DNA from: Octopus vulgaris
Taxonomy: Eukaryota
DNA: 64,000 bases
Direction of reading: 5' to 3'
Assembly: GCA_951406725.2 (NCBI GenBank)
Contig: OX597830.1
Span: forward strand, 69,750,001 to 69,814,000
In this document: positions 53,344 through 64,000 of the stretch, piece by piece
Position numbering within the stretch: position 1 is the stretch's first letter
Layout of the letters: every line of letters begins with the position of its first letter
Position numbers and translations under genes: made by a program
Notes under the pieces: generated by a model
The model's input: only the letters and a program-made list of their open reading frames with translations
The model's database searches: none
Told to the model about the DNA's origin: nothing

Positions 53344-53402
53344 TAATAATGCTTAATAATAATAATAATTAATAATAATAATTAATAATAATAATAATAA
53401 AT

Positions 53403-53946
53403 GCCCTAATGCAGTGCCAGGCAGTGGCTCTCATGGCTTCTGATCTTAACTGATTGGAAGTGTTATCATGTACATTGTTTTGTCTTGGTATAAAAGATGG
53501 GCTTCAGCAAATATTCTCCTCAATACCACAGATTTGCTTGTCAGTTGTTTGACCTTAACCAGTTGACCATGTTCCTTAGTGGCTGACGATATGTGCATCT
53601 CTGATCACGAGCAGAAGTAGTTGAGGAGCATCATAGCCATGTGTTGAGAGGGATTCTTTGGGGTTTGGATAATTCACCTCTGGAAACATGGGTGTTTTGT
53701 TCATCATCCTTAAGGGATCTTTTGAGCAGGATGGGCTACTCAGCCTGAAGAAAATTCTAGCTAGGCCCCCACCTGCAAAGTCATGTGCTGTTTGTCATGA
53801 TATGAGATCACAATGTCATGCACATATGGTTGTAATCCATGTGCCTGGTGTACCCTTATCAGATGATGGTTAGTCATAATGGGTATATTGGGCTTTGTAT
53901 ATTTTACCCCAGTGTCACTTTGATTGCATGCACTGCTCTCTCACTC
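53403..53946 (+). mobile_element. Non-coding 544-bp insertion precisely within (TAA)n
   Basis: Both ends abut (AAT)n tracts. No recognisable protein. Confidence 0.55.
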
Positions 53947-53982
<36 letters not shown>

Positions 53983-54220
53983 TTATGGCTTCAAATTTTG
54001 GTACAAGTCCAGTAACTTTGGGGAAGGGGTAAGTTGATTACATTGACCCCAGTGTCTAACTGGTACTTATTTTGTCGACCCTGAAAGGATGAAAGGCAAA
54101 GGTGACCTTGATGGAATTTGAGCTCAAATGGCAAAGGGTTGGAAAAAATGATGATAAGCATTTTGTCTGATGCGACATTGAAAATAATAATAATAAACAT
54201 TATAATAATAATAATAATAA

Positions 54221-54965
54221 GCCGATTCTGCAACGACATGATTGAAACAGTGGACCACCTAATCTCTGGATGTAAAGTCTTAGCACCAGTGGAGTATAAA
54301 TTAAGACATGACAGAGTTGGCCAATATCTCCACTGGCTAATAAGTCGGCATTACAATATCAAAACTGCCGACAAGTGGTATAATCACCACCCTGAGGCTG
54401 TAACTGAAGGAGAAAATGTAACCATTCTGTGGGACTTTCCAGTACATACAGACCGAACCATCAAGGCCAATAAACCAGATATTGTTGTGAAAGACCAAAA
54501 CAATAAAGTTTGCTTATTGATCGACATGAGCATCCCCTGTGATCATAATATCTCAGCGAAAGAGTTTGACAAGCTCAGAAAATATAAAGACCTACTCATT
54601 GAAATTGAGAAAATGTGGCATCTCAAGGCGGTTACAATACCAGTGATCGTAGGAGCACTAGGAATGATCAAGAAGGGAACCGAAAATTATATGAGAATGA
54701 TCCCTGGCTTACCATCCCTGCAAGAAGTGCAAAAGATTGTCTTAACTGGTACATCACACGTATTGAGAAGAGCATTGTCGATGTGAGAACTGTTGCTGCT
54801 CATGTATTTTAATTTAACTTTAAAAAAAAAAATTTAAAAAAAATGAACGAACTACTGAGTTTGGTTTAATGGCCTACCAATATACACTATGAGTTTCTTT
54901 GCCCTAGGAGTCGGGAAGACACTTGGCAAGAAATGGAAGAAAATTTGAAAGAAGAAAAAAAAAAG
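54221..54965 (+). mobile_element. 5'-truncated R4/Dong-clade non-LTR retrotransposon (zinc knuckle plus restriction-like endonuclease)
   Basis: Open frame to 54786: RFC..ETVDHLISGC..RHD..ILWDFPVHTDRTIKANKPDIVV..LIDMSIP..KLRKYKDL..IPVIVGALG. 3'UTR and A-rich tail, (TAA)n on both sides. Confidence 0.9.
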
Positions 54966-55674
54966 TAATAATAATAATAATAATAACAACAATGATAATG
55001 GTTTCAAAGTTTGGCACAAGGCCATCAATTTCATGGGAGTGGGTAAGTTGATTACACCAACCCCCATTGGTCAACTGGTATCTATCTTGTTGACCATGAA
55101 AGGATGACAGGCAAAGTTGACCTCAGCGGAATTTGAACTCAGAACATAAAGCCTGGTGTGCTAATGATTCTGTCAGTTTGTTGCCTCAATAATAGTAATA
55201 ATAGCAATGGTTTCTGATTTAAGCACAAGCTAGCAATTTTTAAGAGAGTGGGGTTAGTCATGCCATATTGATCCCAGTACTTGATTAGCATTATATTTAG
55301 TGACCCCCAGAAAGGTGAAGTTGACTCCTGCAGGATTTGAAGTCAGAATGTAATAAGTCAGATAAATACTTCAAGACATTTTGTCCAACTCTTGTGATGC
55401 AGTTATTTCACCATCTTCATACCATCAGTGTCTTTACATCCACTTTTCCATGGTTGCATGGGTTGGACTGAGTATTTTGAGGCTGATTTTATGACTGGAT
55501 TCCCTTCCTGTCACTAAACCTTACCTGTTCCTATGCAAAGTAATATTTCTCCATAGTCAGACATGGTTTTTAAATACTGGAAATGAATGACTCTGCTTGT
55601 ATAACAGTGACACTTGTTTACAGCAACTACTCTATGATGGAAGGCAAGGAGACACAAACATACACTCATTAACA

Positions 55675-55748
<74 letters not shown>

Positions 55749-56026
55749 CTGGGTTTCTTTCAGTTTATGTCTACCAAATCCACTTGCAAGGTTTTGGATC
55801 AGCCTGGAGCTATAGTAGAAGTCTATTGCCCAAGGTGCCATGCAATGGGACTGAACTCAGAACTATGTGGTAATTTTGTTAATATTTTACTGAATTTTGT
55901 CTATTCCCTTTCTTTTTCTGTTACTCTTTTGTTTTTTGATTGCCCATTCCTCACACTCCCATTCGACTCCCAGTCATCTTTTCTCTTCCATAGACTCTTC
56001 CATTTTAGACAAAGCTTTGCAACATA

Positions 56027-56422
56027 TAGGCGCAGGAGTGGCTGTGTGGTAAGTAGCTTGCTAACCAACCACATGGTCCCGGGTTCAGTCCCACTGCGTG
56101 GCATCTTGGGCAAGTGTCTTCTGCTATAGCCCCGGGCCGACCAATGCCTTGTGAGTGGATTTGGTAGACGGAAACTGAAAGAAGCCTGTCGTATATATGT
56201 ATATATATATATAAGTGTGTGTGTATATGTTTGTGTGTCTGTGTTTGTCCCCCTAGCATGCACCGATGCTGGTGTGTTTACGTCCCCGTCACTTAGCGGT
56301 TCGGCAAAAGAGACCAATAGAATAAGTACTGGGCTTACAAAGAATAAGTCGACTAAAGGCGGTGCTCCAACATGGCCGCAGTCAAATGACTGAAACAAGT
56401 AAAAGAGTAAAAGAGTAAAAGA
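56027..56422 (+). mobile_element. SINE family A young copy with two small internal deletions
   Basis: Matches the 45794 copy but lacks the cttgacaa and cctggggtcgatttgct segments. Confidence 0.85.
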
Positions 56423-57033
56423 GATACCTCTCATGCCTCCTCATTTAATGGTTAGCAGTCATTACCTGAAACGTTCTTCTACTTTATCTCATACACCCAT
56501 AGTAGCTTGTCAGTTTTTCAATCCAGTTCTTATTAATGTAGGTCATCACAAACTTATCAGTTCTGGTGATTTTTCTGCCTTAATTCTAAATTCTTTCATG
56601 TTTCTGAATACAAATTCCATTGGTGTCAGTTTTGCCTTTCATCCCCCCCCCCCGTAGCCAGAATAAATTAAATACCAATAATACATTAACTTTGAACCAA
56701 TCAGTTCCACTTTTTGTCATTTTACAAAGACCGACCTCTGCCTTTGAAAGAAACCGTATCTCACCAAGCATGTGTACAATCAATCTTCACGATTATTTAA
56801 TCATCGTATACTTTGATATTGCTTTATCATTGACGGACATAGGTATCTTCTTGTGAAACTGGATAACCTCTTAACTTGGCTTTCCTACACACATTAAGTT
56901 ACAGCCAACGTGTTCCTGAATGTGTGTGTGTGTGTGCAGTACATGTATTTGCTTCTCTGTCTCTTTCTCTTTATCTTACCTTTACTCTTTTACCTGTTTC
57001 AGTCATTTGACCGTGACCATGCTGATTATGGCC

Positions 57034-58099
57034 TCACTTGTCCTGCCGGGTCTTCTCACGCACAGCATGTTTCCATAGGTCTCGGTCTCTAGTCATTTCC
57101 TCGGTGAGACCTAAAGTTTGAAGGTCGTGCTTCACCACCTCGTCCCAGGTTTTCCTGGGTCTACCTCTTCCACAGGTTCCCTCAACCGCTAGGGTGTGGC
57201 ACTTTTTCACACAACTATCTTCATCCATTCTCGCCACATGACCATACCAGCGCAAACATCTCTCTTGCACACCACAACTGATGCTTCTTAGGTCTAATTT
57301 TTCTCTCAAAGAACTTACACTCTGTCGAGTATGAACACTGACATTACACATCCATCGGAGCATACTGGCTTCATTTCTTGCAAGCTTACGCATATCCTCA
57401 GCAGTCACGGTCCATGTTTCACTGCCATGTAGCATAGCTGTTCGTACACATGCGTCATACAATCTGCCTTTTACTCTCAGCGAGAGGCCTTTTGTCACCA
57501 GCAGAGGTAAGAGCTCTCTGAACTTTGCCCAGGCTATTCTTACTCTAGCAGTTACACTTTCAGCGCACCCGCCCCCGTTACTGACTTGGTCACCTAGGTA
57601 ACGGAAGCTATCAACTACTTCTAGTTTTTCTCCCTGGAATGTGGCGGAAGATGGTCTCTGCGTATTTTCAGTGTTTATTACTCCCGAGCATCTGCCATAT
57701 ATAAAAACTATTTTCCTAGTTAGCCTTCCTTTGACATTGCTGCACCTCTTATGTGTCCATAGCTTACACTTGGTGCATCTTATAGAGTTTCTACCTACGC
57801 CTTTTCTACAGATCGAGCAGGGCCATCTACCTGAATGTGTTTGTGATTTGTCTACCTTCCTACTTATTAGAACTTTGGTTTTAGCTAGGTTGACTCTTAG
57901 GCCCTTCGATTCTAATCCTTGCTTCCACACCTGAAACTTCTCCTCCAGTTCTGATAGTGACTCAGCAATTAGGGCAAGGTCATCAGCATAGAGGAGCTCC
58001 CAGGGGCAGCCTGTTTTGAATTCCTCCGTTATTGCTTGGAGGACTATGATAAATAGGAGGGGGCTGAGGACTGAACCTTGGTGGACCCCTACCTCTACC
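57034..58099 (-). mobile_element. 5'-truncated RTE LINE, open RT C-terminal frame (about 355 codons)
   Basis: GVHQGSVLSPLLFIIVL..ELLYADDLALIAES..GLRVNLAKTK..Cys/His finger WPCSICRKGVGRNSIRCTKCKLWTHKRCS..FRYLG..HGSETW..GRGRPRKTW, no stops. Confidence 0.92.
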
Positions 58100-58111
58100 C
58101 CCTACCCTTAC

Positions 58112-58178
<67 letters not shown>

Positions 58179-58190
58179 TATATATATATT

Positions 58191-58375
58191 AGCAATAATA
58201 AATCTTAGAGCGAGTTATAAACAGTAGCTGCAACACATCGTGACGTATATTTGCCATTTAAATATGGCTAACCCCTAAGGGTGGATGCTACTCTAGTTTG
58301 TAGCCCCAGGAGGACATATACGTCACGATGTGTTGCAGCTACTGTTTACAACTCACTTTAAGATTTATTATTGCT
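58191..58375. repeat. Fold-back element (60-bp arms) next to (TA)n, related to the 33519 element
   Basis: Arms 58191-58250 and 58316-58375. Spacer ..tagccccaggaggacat resembles tagccccaggagacat in the 33519 arm. Confidence 0.8.
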
Positions 58376-59863
58376 TATAAAAATATATATTTATAAATAA
58401 ATGAGTAAATCTGCTTCCATGGTAACAGGTGCTGCTCCAAGGGAGTCTTTTGATTTCAGTTGTTGAACTTTTGAGCTCTTTTTCTTCTCAGGCATTTGTG
58501 ACTTAGGAAGCTTCTGTGAGGGTCATTTGCTCTGCTAGAAATAACAGACAAATCTCTCTTCAGTCTTAAATTTAGAAAGGCCACAAACAACAACTTGTAA
58601 CTAATTTATCTACTTTTTCAGCTTAGAATATTGTTGCTCAGTCCGACTTTACCAATAAATAAGTAAATAAGTAAATATATAAATAGATAAATCCTGCAAC
58701 TTAACAAATGCCATCATTTTTAGCATCTTTAGTAGAAATGTTCACTGTAACCTGCTGTGTTTTTTTTTTTTTTTTTCACCAATATAATATTTCTTCTGTC
58801 ATCATCACCACTATTGCCATCACCACCACCACCACCACCACCATCATGTTCTTCACTTTCACACCCCCACCACCACCATCATGTTCTTCACTTTCACACC
58901 CCCACCTCCTCCATCACCATCATTACTGCTGTCATCATTAATGTTGCTATCAAGTCTTAATAAAGCTTCCATCCATCTTTGCTGTCCAATATTTCGTTAT
59001 CGTTCATAAATAGATCCTATCTTAATGTCACGTCAGTTATCCCTGATGTAATTTTTCTCAGGGAGTCTGGTGAGTTTTAATCTCAATGTAGATATATTTA
59101 TTTACATTTATTATTTCTTTCTTTTTTTTGTTAGTTTTTCTTGTCTTTTTTTTTTTTTTTTTTTCTTTTCAATCTCGGGATATTGGTAAATATTGAATCT
59201 ACTGGAAATATAATAATTTCTTGCTTACATTTCTGTCTTAATTTTTTTTTTTTCATTTTTTATTTTTCTATCGTTCCGTTTTTAATTAAGAATAATATAT
59301 ACAAGTAAAACAGGTTATATATTAAATTCTAACACTGTGCGACATGTTAAGTCATGCAAGCCTGAAAAGTATGTTAAATTGATGGCTGATGTTACTTGTG
59401 ACTGACTTTATGGATTTCAGAAATAAACAGAAATCAACCTTGCACCCCCATCCCCTCGCTACTCCTCCGATAGACCTTTCACTTTTATTTCATTTTCTTT
59501 AAAATTGAAAGAAACATTTTATATACTTCTTGTGTTTTGTTTAGCTTAGCTAAACTGATCAGCGCTGATCGAATAGACCTTTTGATCAAAGGCATTCTAT
59601 CTGTGGCTGTCCTATCTTTTATTTAATTTTCTTTAAAATTGAAAGAAACATTTTTACGTACTTGCTGTTGTTTTTTTTTTAAATTTTTTTTTGTTTAACT
59701 TCAGATCAGTATTGATTGAACAGACCTCTGACCTGCTTCCCAACCATATGGTTATGGGTTCAGTTCCATACTGTGGCGCCTTGGTCAAGTGTCTTCTATT
59801 ATAGCCATGGGCTGACCAAAGACATGTTAGTGACTTTGGTAGATGTAAACTGAAAAAGCCCAT

Positions 59864-59929
<66 letters not shown>

Positions 59930-60036
59930 CCTGCGAGTAAGCACATAGATGCAAAATAGGAAGAAAATAGTATTTCAATACTGAAGATAGAGTAATTATG
60001 CTTTTGTTAGCAGCTTTAATAAAAGTTATATAGACG

Positions 60037-61438
60037 AAGGAGTGGCTGTGTGGTAAGTAGCTTGCCTCCCAACCACACGGTTCCAAGTTCAATCCTACTG
60101 TGTGGCACCTTGGGCAAGTGTCTTCTACTACAACCTCGGGCCAACAAAAGCCTTGTGAGTGGATTTGGTAGATGGAAACTGAAAGAAGCCTGTCATATAT
60201 ATATGTATGTGTGTGTGTATATGTGTGTGTGTGTCTGTGTTTGTCCCCGCAACATCGCTTGACAACTGATGCTGGTGTGTTTATGTACCCGTAACTTAGT
60301 GATTCAGCAAAAGAGACCAATAGAAAAAGTACTAAGTTTATAAAGAATAAGCCCTTGGGTCGATTTGCTTAACTAAGGGTGGTGCTCCAGTATGGCCACA
60401 GTCAAATGACTGAAACAAGTAAAAGAATAAAAGAATGTGTTTGTTGTGGTAAGATGTTTACTGCTGAACCTCATGGTTTCAGGTTCTCTCCCATTCTGTG
60501 ACACCTTGGGCAAGTATCTTCTACTATAACCTTGGGCTGACCAAAACCTTGTGAGTGGAATTGATAGACAGAAATTGAAAGAAGCCTAAAGTATTTACAT
60601 ATAGATGTGTGTGTGTGTGTGTGTTTGTTCCCTCCATCTCTAATTGGCAACTGGTGTTGGTGTGTTTATGTTCCTGTAACTTAGCAGTTTGGCGAAAGAG
60701 ACCGAGAATGTAAGTACCAGGCTTAAAACTGTATCAAATAAGTTTCACAAAGACTTTTAAATATATATATATATATATATATATAAATATATACATATGA
60801 TTGGCGTCCAGTTTCTGTCTACCAAATCCACTCACAAGGCTTTGGTTGGCCCGAGGCTATAGTAGAAGGCACTTGCCCAAGGTGCCATGCAGTGGAACTG
60901 AACCTGGAGCCATGTGGTTAGGAAGCAAGCTTCTTACCACACAGCCACACCTGTGCCTATTGATGTTGGAGAAAATTATTTTTCAAAATTATAGAGAAGC
61001 TCATTTTCCTCTTTTTTTTTTTTATAGAATCTCTAGGTGCTGGCATGGCTGTGTGGTTAACAAGCTTGCTTTGCAATGACATAGTTTCAGGTTCAGTTCC
61101 ACTGTGTGGCACCTTGAGCAAGTGTCTTTTACTTTAGCCCTGGGCCAACCAAAGCCTTGTGAGTGAATTTGGAAGATAGAAACTGTAAAAAGCCCTCCAT
61201 ATCTCTGTGTGTGAATGTGTATGTTTGTGTCTCACCTTCTTGACAACCGTTGCTGGTTGGTTTACATTCCTGTAACCTAGCAGTTTGGCAGTAGAGACCA
61301 ATGGAAGAAGTATCAGACTGAAAATTTTTTTCTTTTTTAAATTAAGTATTAGGGCTCGTTTGTTCAACTAAAACCCTTTGAGGCAGTGCCACAGCATGGC
61401 CTCAATCCGTTGACTAAATCAAATAAAAGAAAATAAGA
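60037..61438. mobile_element. Cluster of four SINE A copies (+, +, -, +)
   Basis: 60037-60434 (+), 60445-60727 (+), 60808-60958 (-), 61035-61438 (+). Confidence 0.8.
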
Positions 61439-62670
61439 ATTATGATGTTGGGGTGTCTGTTCACTTTGATAGCCAGGTAAATCACACGACTGCTCCAAAA
61501 CGAATGAAGTGGTAGGATGTAAGAGATATAAGGTGTGAAATGATGACAATTAAAGGTAGTGATTGAATAGGTAATTAGTTGAAACAAGGAATCTGAGGAA
61601 ACTGGTGGTTAGTTCATCATTACAATGACTTAGAGTTGCTGGTATGGTGGAGGGTGTTTTTTTTTCCCTTCACATCTACTGAAATCCCTAAAAGACGCTG
61701 TTTACAGTCCTTTAGTTCCAAAGCCCTTTGCAGTAAGGGTTCAAATCTCATCCTGAGTCAGATGGTTCTGGGGTAGAGATTGTAAAACATTATTTTGAAT
61801 TGGAAAATCAGTTTTAAACCTCTCTCCATCTCTCTCTCTCTCTCCCCTTTCATCTTATGAAACAGATCGTTATGTTGTTCTTGTTGCTATTGTTGTTAAC
61901 CTGAGGAAACTGTGTAAGAAGTAATTAGTTCCTGGGAAAGTTTGCTGTGCTTGGTTTCTGTGAGGACTGTAACATTTCAGGGTTCTGCTCTTCACCTGAG
62001 ATTGAGAGTGGGGAGGAGAAGACAGAGGAAAAGAGAGAAAGGGGAGAAAAAGAAGAGATGAGGAAGAGAGAATGAAAGATTGGTATGGCACCTTGGCAGG
62101 TGTGGAGCAACCAAAAGAGGAAGGAACTGAAATGGTGTGATGTGGAGACTTAAGGATGGGGAAGATCATGATTCTCAGTGAGAATCAGTGACTCTGGGCC
62201 AAGGGGTGAAGAAAGAGAGGAAAGGTAGAATTGGAGACAAAGTGGATAGAGTGTCTTATACAGGAAATAGCTAAATGGCTGTCATAGTGGACAACCTACG
62301 ATTGATTGGGTTGTGAATTCAGATTTTGCTACAAATTTTTCTGTGTGTACTGAGCAAAGTCATGTTACACCAACACATCCCAAAGTTCTGTTACCGGTGA
62401 TTGACTGGATTCCTACCTTAGAGGAAGTTTATCTGACTGAGTGCTACAAAGTGGAGTCACTTGCCAACACATACCATTCTATTCATAGAGTAAGTTTATA
62501 CCTGATGAAGTACTTCTGAGTGAAGTCATTCACTAACATACCTTCCTGTCTGTAGAATAAATTCATCTGATGACATCCCTTTCCAATACATATGTGCCCT
62601 TAGCCTACAGATCTGAAGTTGTCTCTCTCTCTATCTTATCTCCTGCTACTGCCTGATCATTGCATGATTG

Positions 62671-63028
62671 ATCTTGTACCACCGTGATCTCATTCTTGCT
62701 CACAACATCATAAGCGGAAAGTGTAACCTCTCGAAAGAGCTGTTCTTCACTCCTGCTCCAGAGCGTCGGCTGCGGGGTCACTCCGAAAAGCTCTATCTGC
62801 GACGATTTCATCTCAATCGAAGGAGAGGGGCTTTCTCCATCCCGGTTGCGGGTCCGTGGAATAAGCTGCTGGACGAGATAGTGAAGATGCTGATGACCAC
62901 TCGGTTCAAAGTCTCTCTTGACCAGAAATGGCCTGAACTCTTTGCATGAACACCCTCCTTGTACATAACTCCATGTCCCCCTACATGGCCTTGCTTTTTG
63001 CTTTTTGAGCCAAAAAATTAACTTAACT
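62671..63028 (+). mobile_element. CR1-group LINE 3' end
   Basis: [57 protein letters not shown] followed by a short UTR and ttaact tail. Confidence 0.85.
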
Positions 63029-63579
63029 ATCACCCTTTGTCACTCACAGTCTGTCCACATCATTTTCCCAAATCCTTGCATCAAGGAACTATTGCATCAA
63101 GTCCTTCCTCCACTGAATATCCACTGTGCTCCCACCTTTTTTTTTTGTTCCCTGCGGCTGTCAACTTGTAAATGTTCAAGAGGAACATTAACTGTGTCAG
63201 TCTTACCAGCCTGGGAGAGCCTGCAACAGCCATGGATGTTGTTCATTCCTCCAGGCAGAACCCAAACAAAAAGGCAAAAAAAATACAGCAGGAGAAAACT
63301 ATGTAAGCAGGGCTGCCTGGGGTTACAGGTGCTTCACAGCCTGATAGACATAGTTATATGCTATATATCATATACCACAACAAGCCACTTCACAAGTGCT
63401 CTCACATCACATCCCTGGCATTCCGACTCCTTGCCCTTCCCCCCACGTAGCTGAAAAATAATAATTCTCAGTGTGCATTCCAAATTGTTCCTTTAGAAAT
63501 TATTTCAAATTTTGTTTCCCTTTTACTTTTAAATATTTTTCTTCCATTTTTTTTCTCCACATTACTACTACTACTACTA

Positions 63580-63616
<37 letters not shown>

Positions 63617-63781
63617 CATGATGATGATGATGATATTTTTTAATGGTTATATTTCATTGGTTCTGTTTGCATGGTGGAAATTATCTTTATTGCCAATTTA
63701 GCTTTAGAAATTGTGTAGAGCACAGTTTTAAAACCTGATTCTCTATGATCTTGGTAAACTTTTCTTTTTCATTATATATAT

Positions 63782-63830
<49 letters not shown>

Positions 63831-63841
63831 ATTTCATTACA

Positions 63842-63877
<36 letters not shown>

Positions 63878-63954
63878 CATTATTCATATATATGTATATA
63901 TACATACACTTATATACATATACATATTTACTTATATTGATGCTAATTTATTTA

Positions 63955-63986
<32 letters not shown>

Positions 63987-64000
63987 ATTTTATCTACACA

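Larger units (their letters stand above)
51700..55420 (-). repeat. Array of about 8 SINE C-type copies separated by long (TAA)n tracts
   Basis: Recurrent ttcaaattttggcacaa...aaggcaaagt..gaatttgaactc units at about 51725, 52078, 52235, 52530, 52760, 53988, 55000 and 55208, with (AAT)n up to about 430 nt (52975-53401). Confidence 0.8.

Noticed and set aside
54118-54220. N-terminal part of the 222-aa ORF
   Set aside because: It is SINE C sequence plus (ATA)n read-through. Only the part from 54221 is retrotransposon protein.
56620-56856. 78-aa ORF in unique sequence
   Set aside because: No recognisable motif, a non-ATG start and no convincing splice context.
62441-62490. Second VLQS-encoding stretch
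   Set aside because: No suitable acceptor or pyrimidine tract, and no downstream similarity.

Overview
AT-rich, microsatellite- and retroposon-saturated eukaryotic DNA. The repeat families and the TTAGGG insert suggest a mollusc, probably Octopus (inference). One host gene is present on the + strand: coatomer subunit zeta (COPZ1/zeta-COP). Six GT-AG exons (392-418, 3319-3387, 7218-7299, 9858-9949, 14434-14567, 28028-28118) splice in frame to 165 aa ending ...[12 protein letters not shown]. The expected last exon (VLQSAKEQ..WSLL-like) was not found, so the last 36 kb are probably one intron. The introns hold about 35 copies of one tRNA-type SINE, three other SINE families, RTE, CR1 and R4/Dong LINE fragments, Tc1 and DD37D transposon remnants, a TIR MITE and small Helitrons. 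Almost all ORFs in the supplied track are microsatellite or SINE artefacts. The most interesting signals are: (1) a set of long fold-back (palindromic) Penelope-like remnants, one with a complete minimal hammerhead ribozyme in its loop; (2) a (TTAGGG)4 insertion with a target duplication in one of two tandem duplicates, with the empty site preserved in the other; (3) candidate microexons in the giant last intron; (4) a (TAA)n retroposon hotspot with an open R4/Dong endonuclease ORF; (5) competing inverted repeats around exon 4. All coordinates were counted by eye, and repeat boundaries are approximate.
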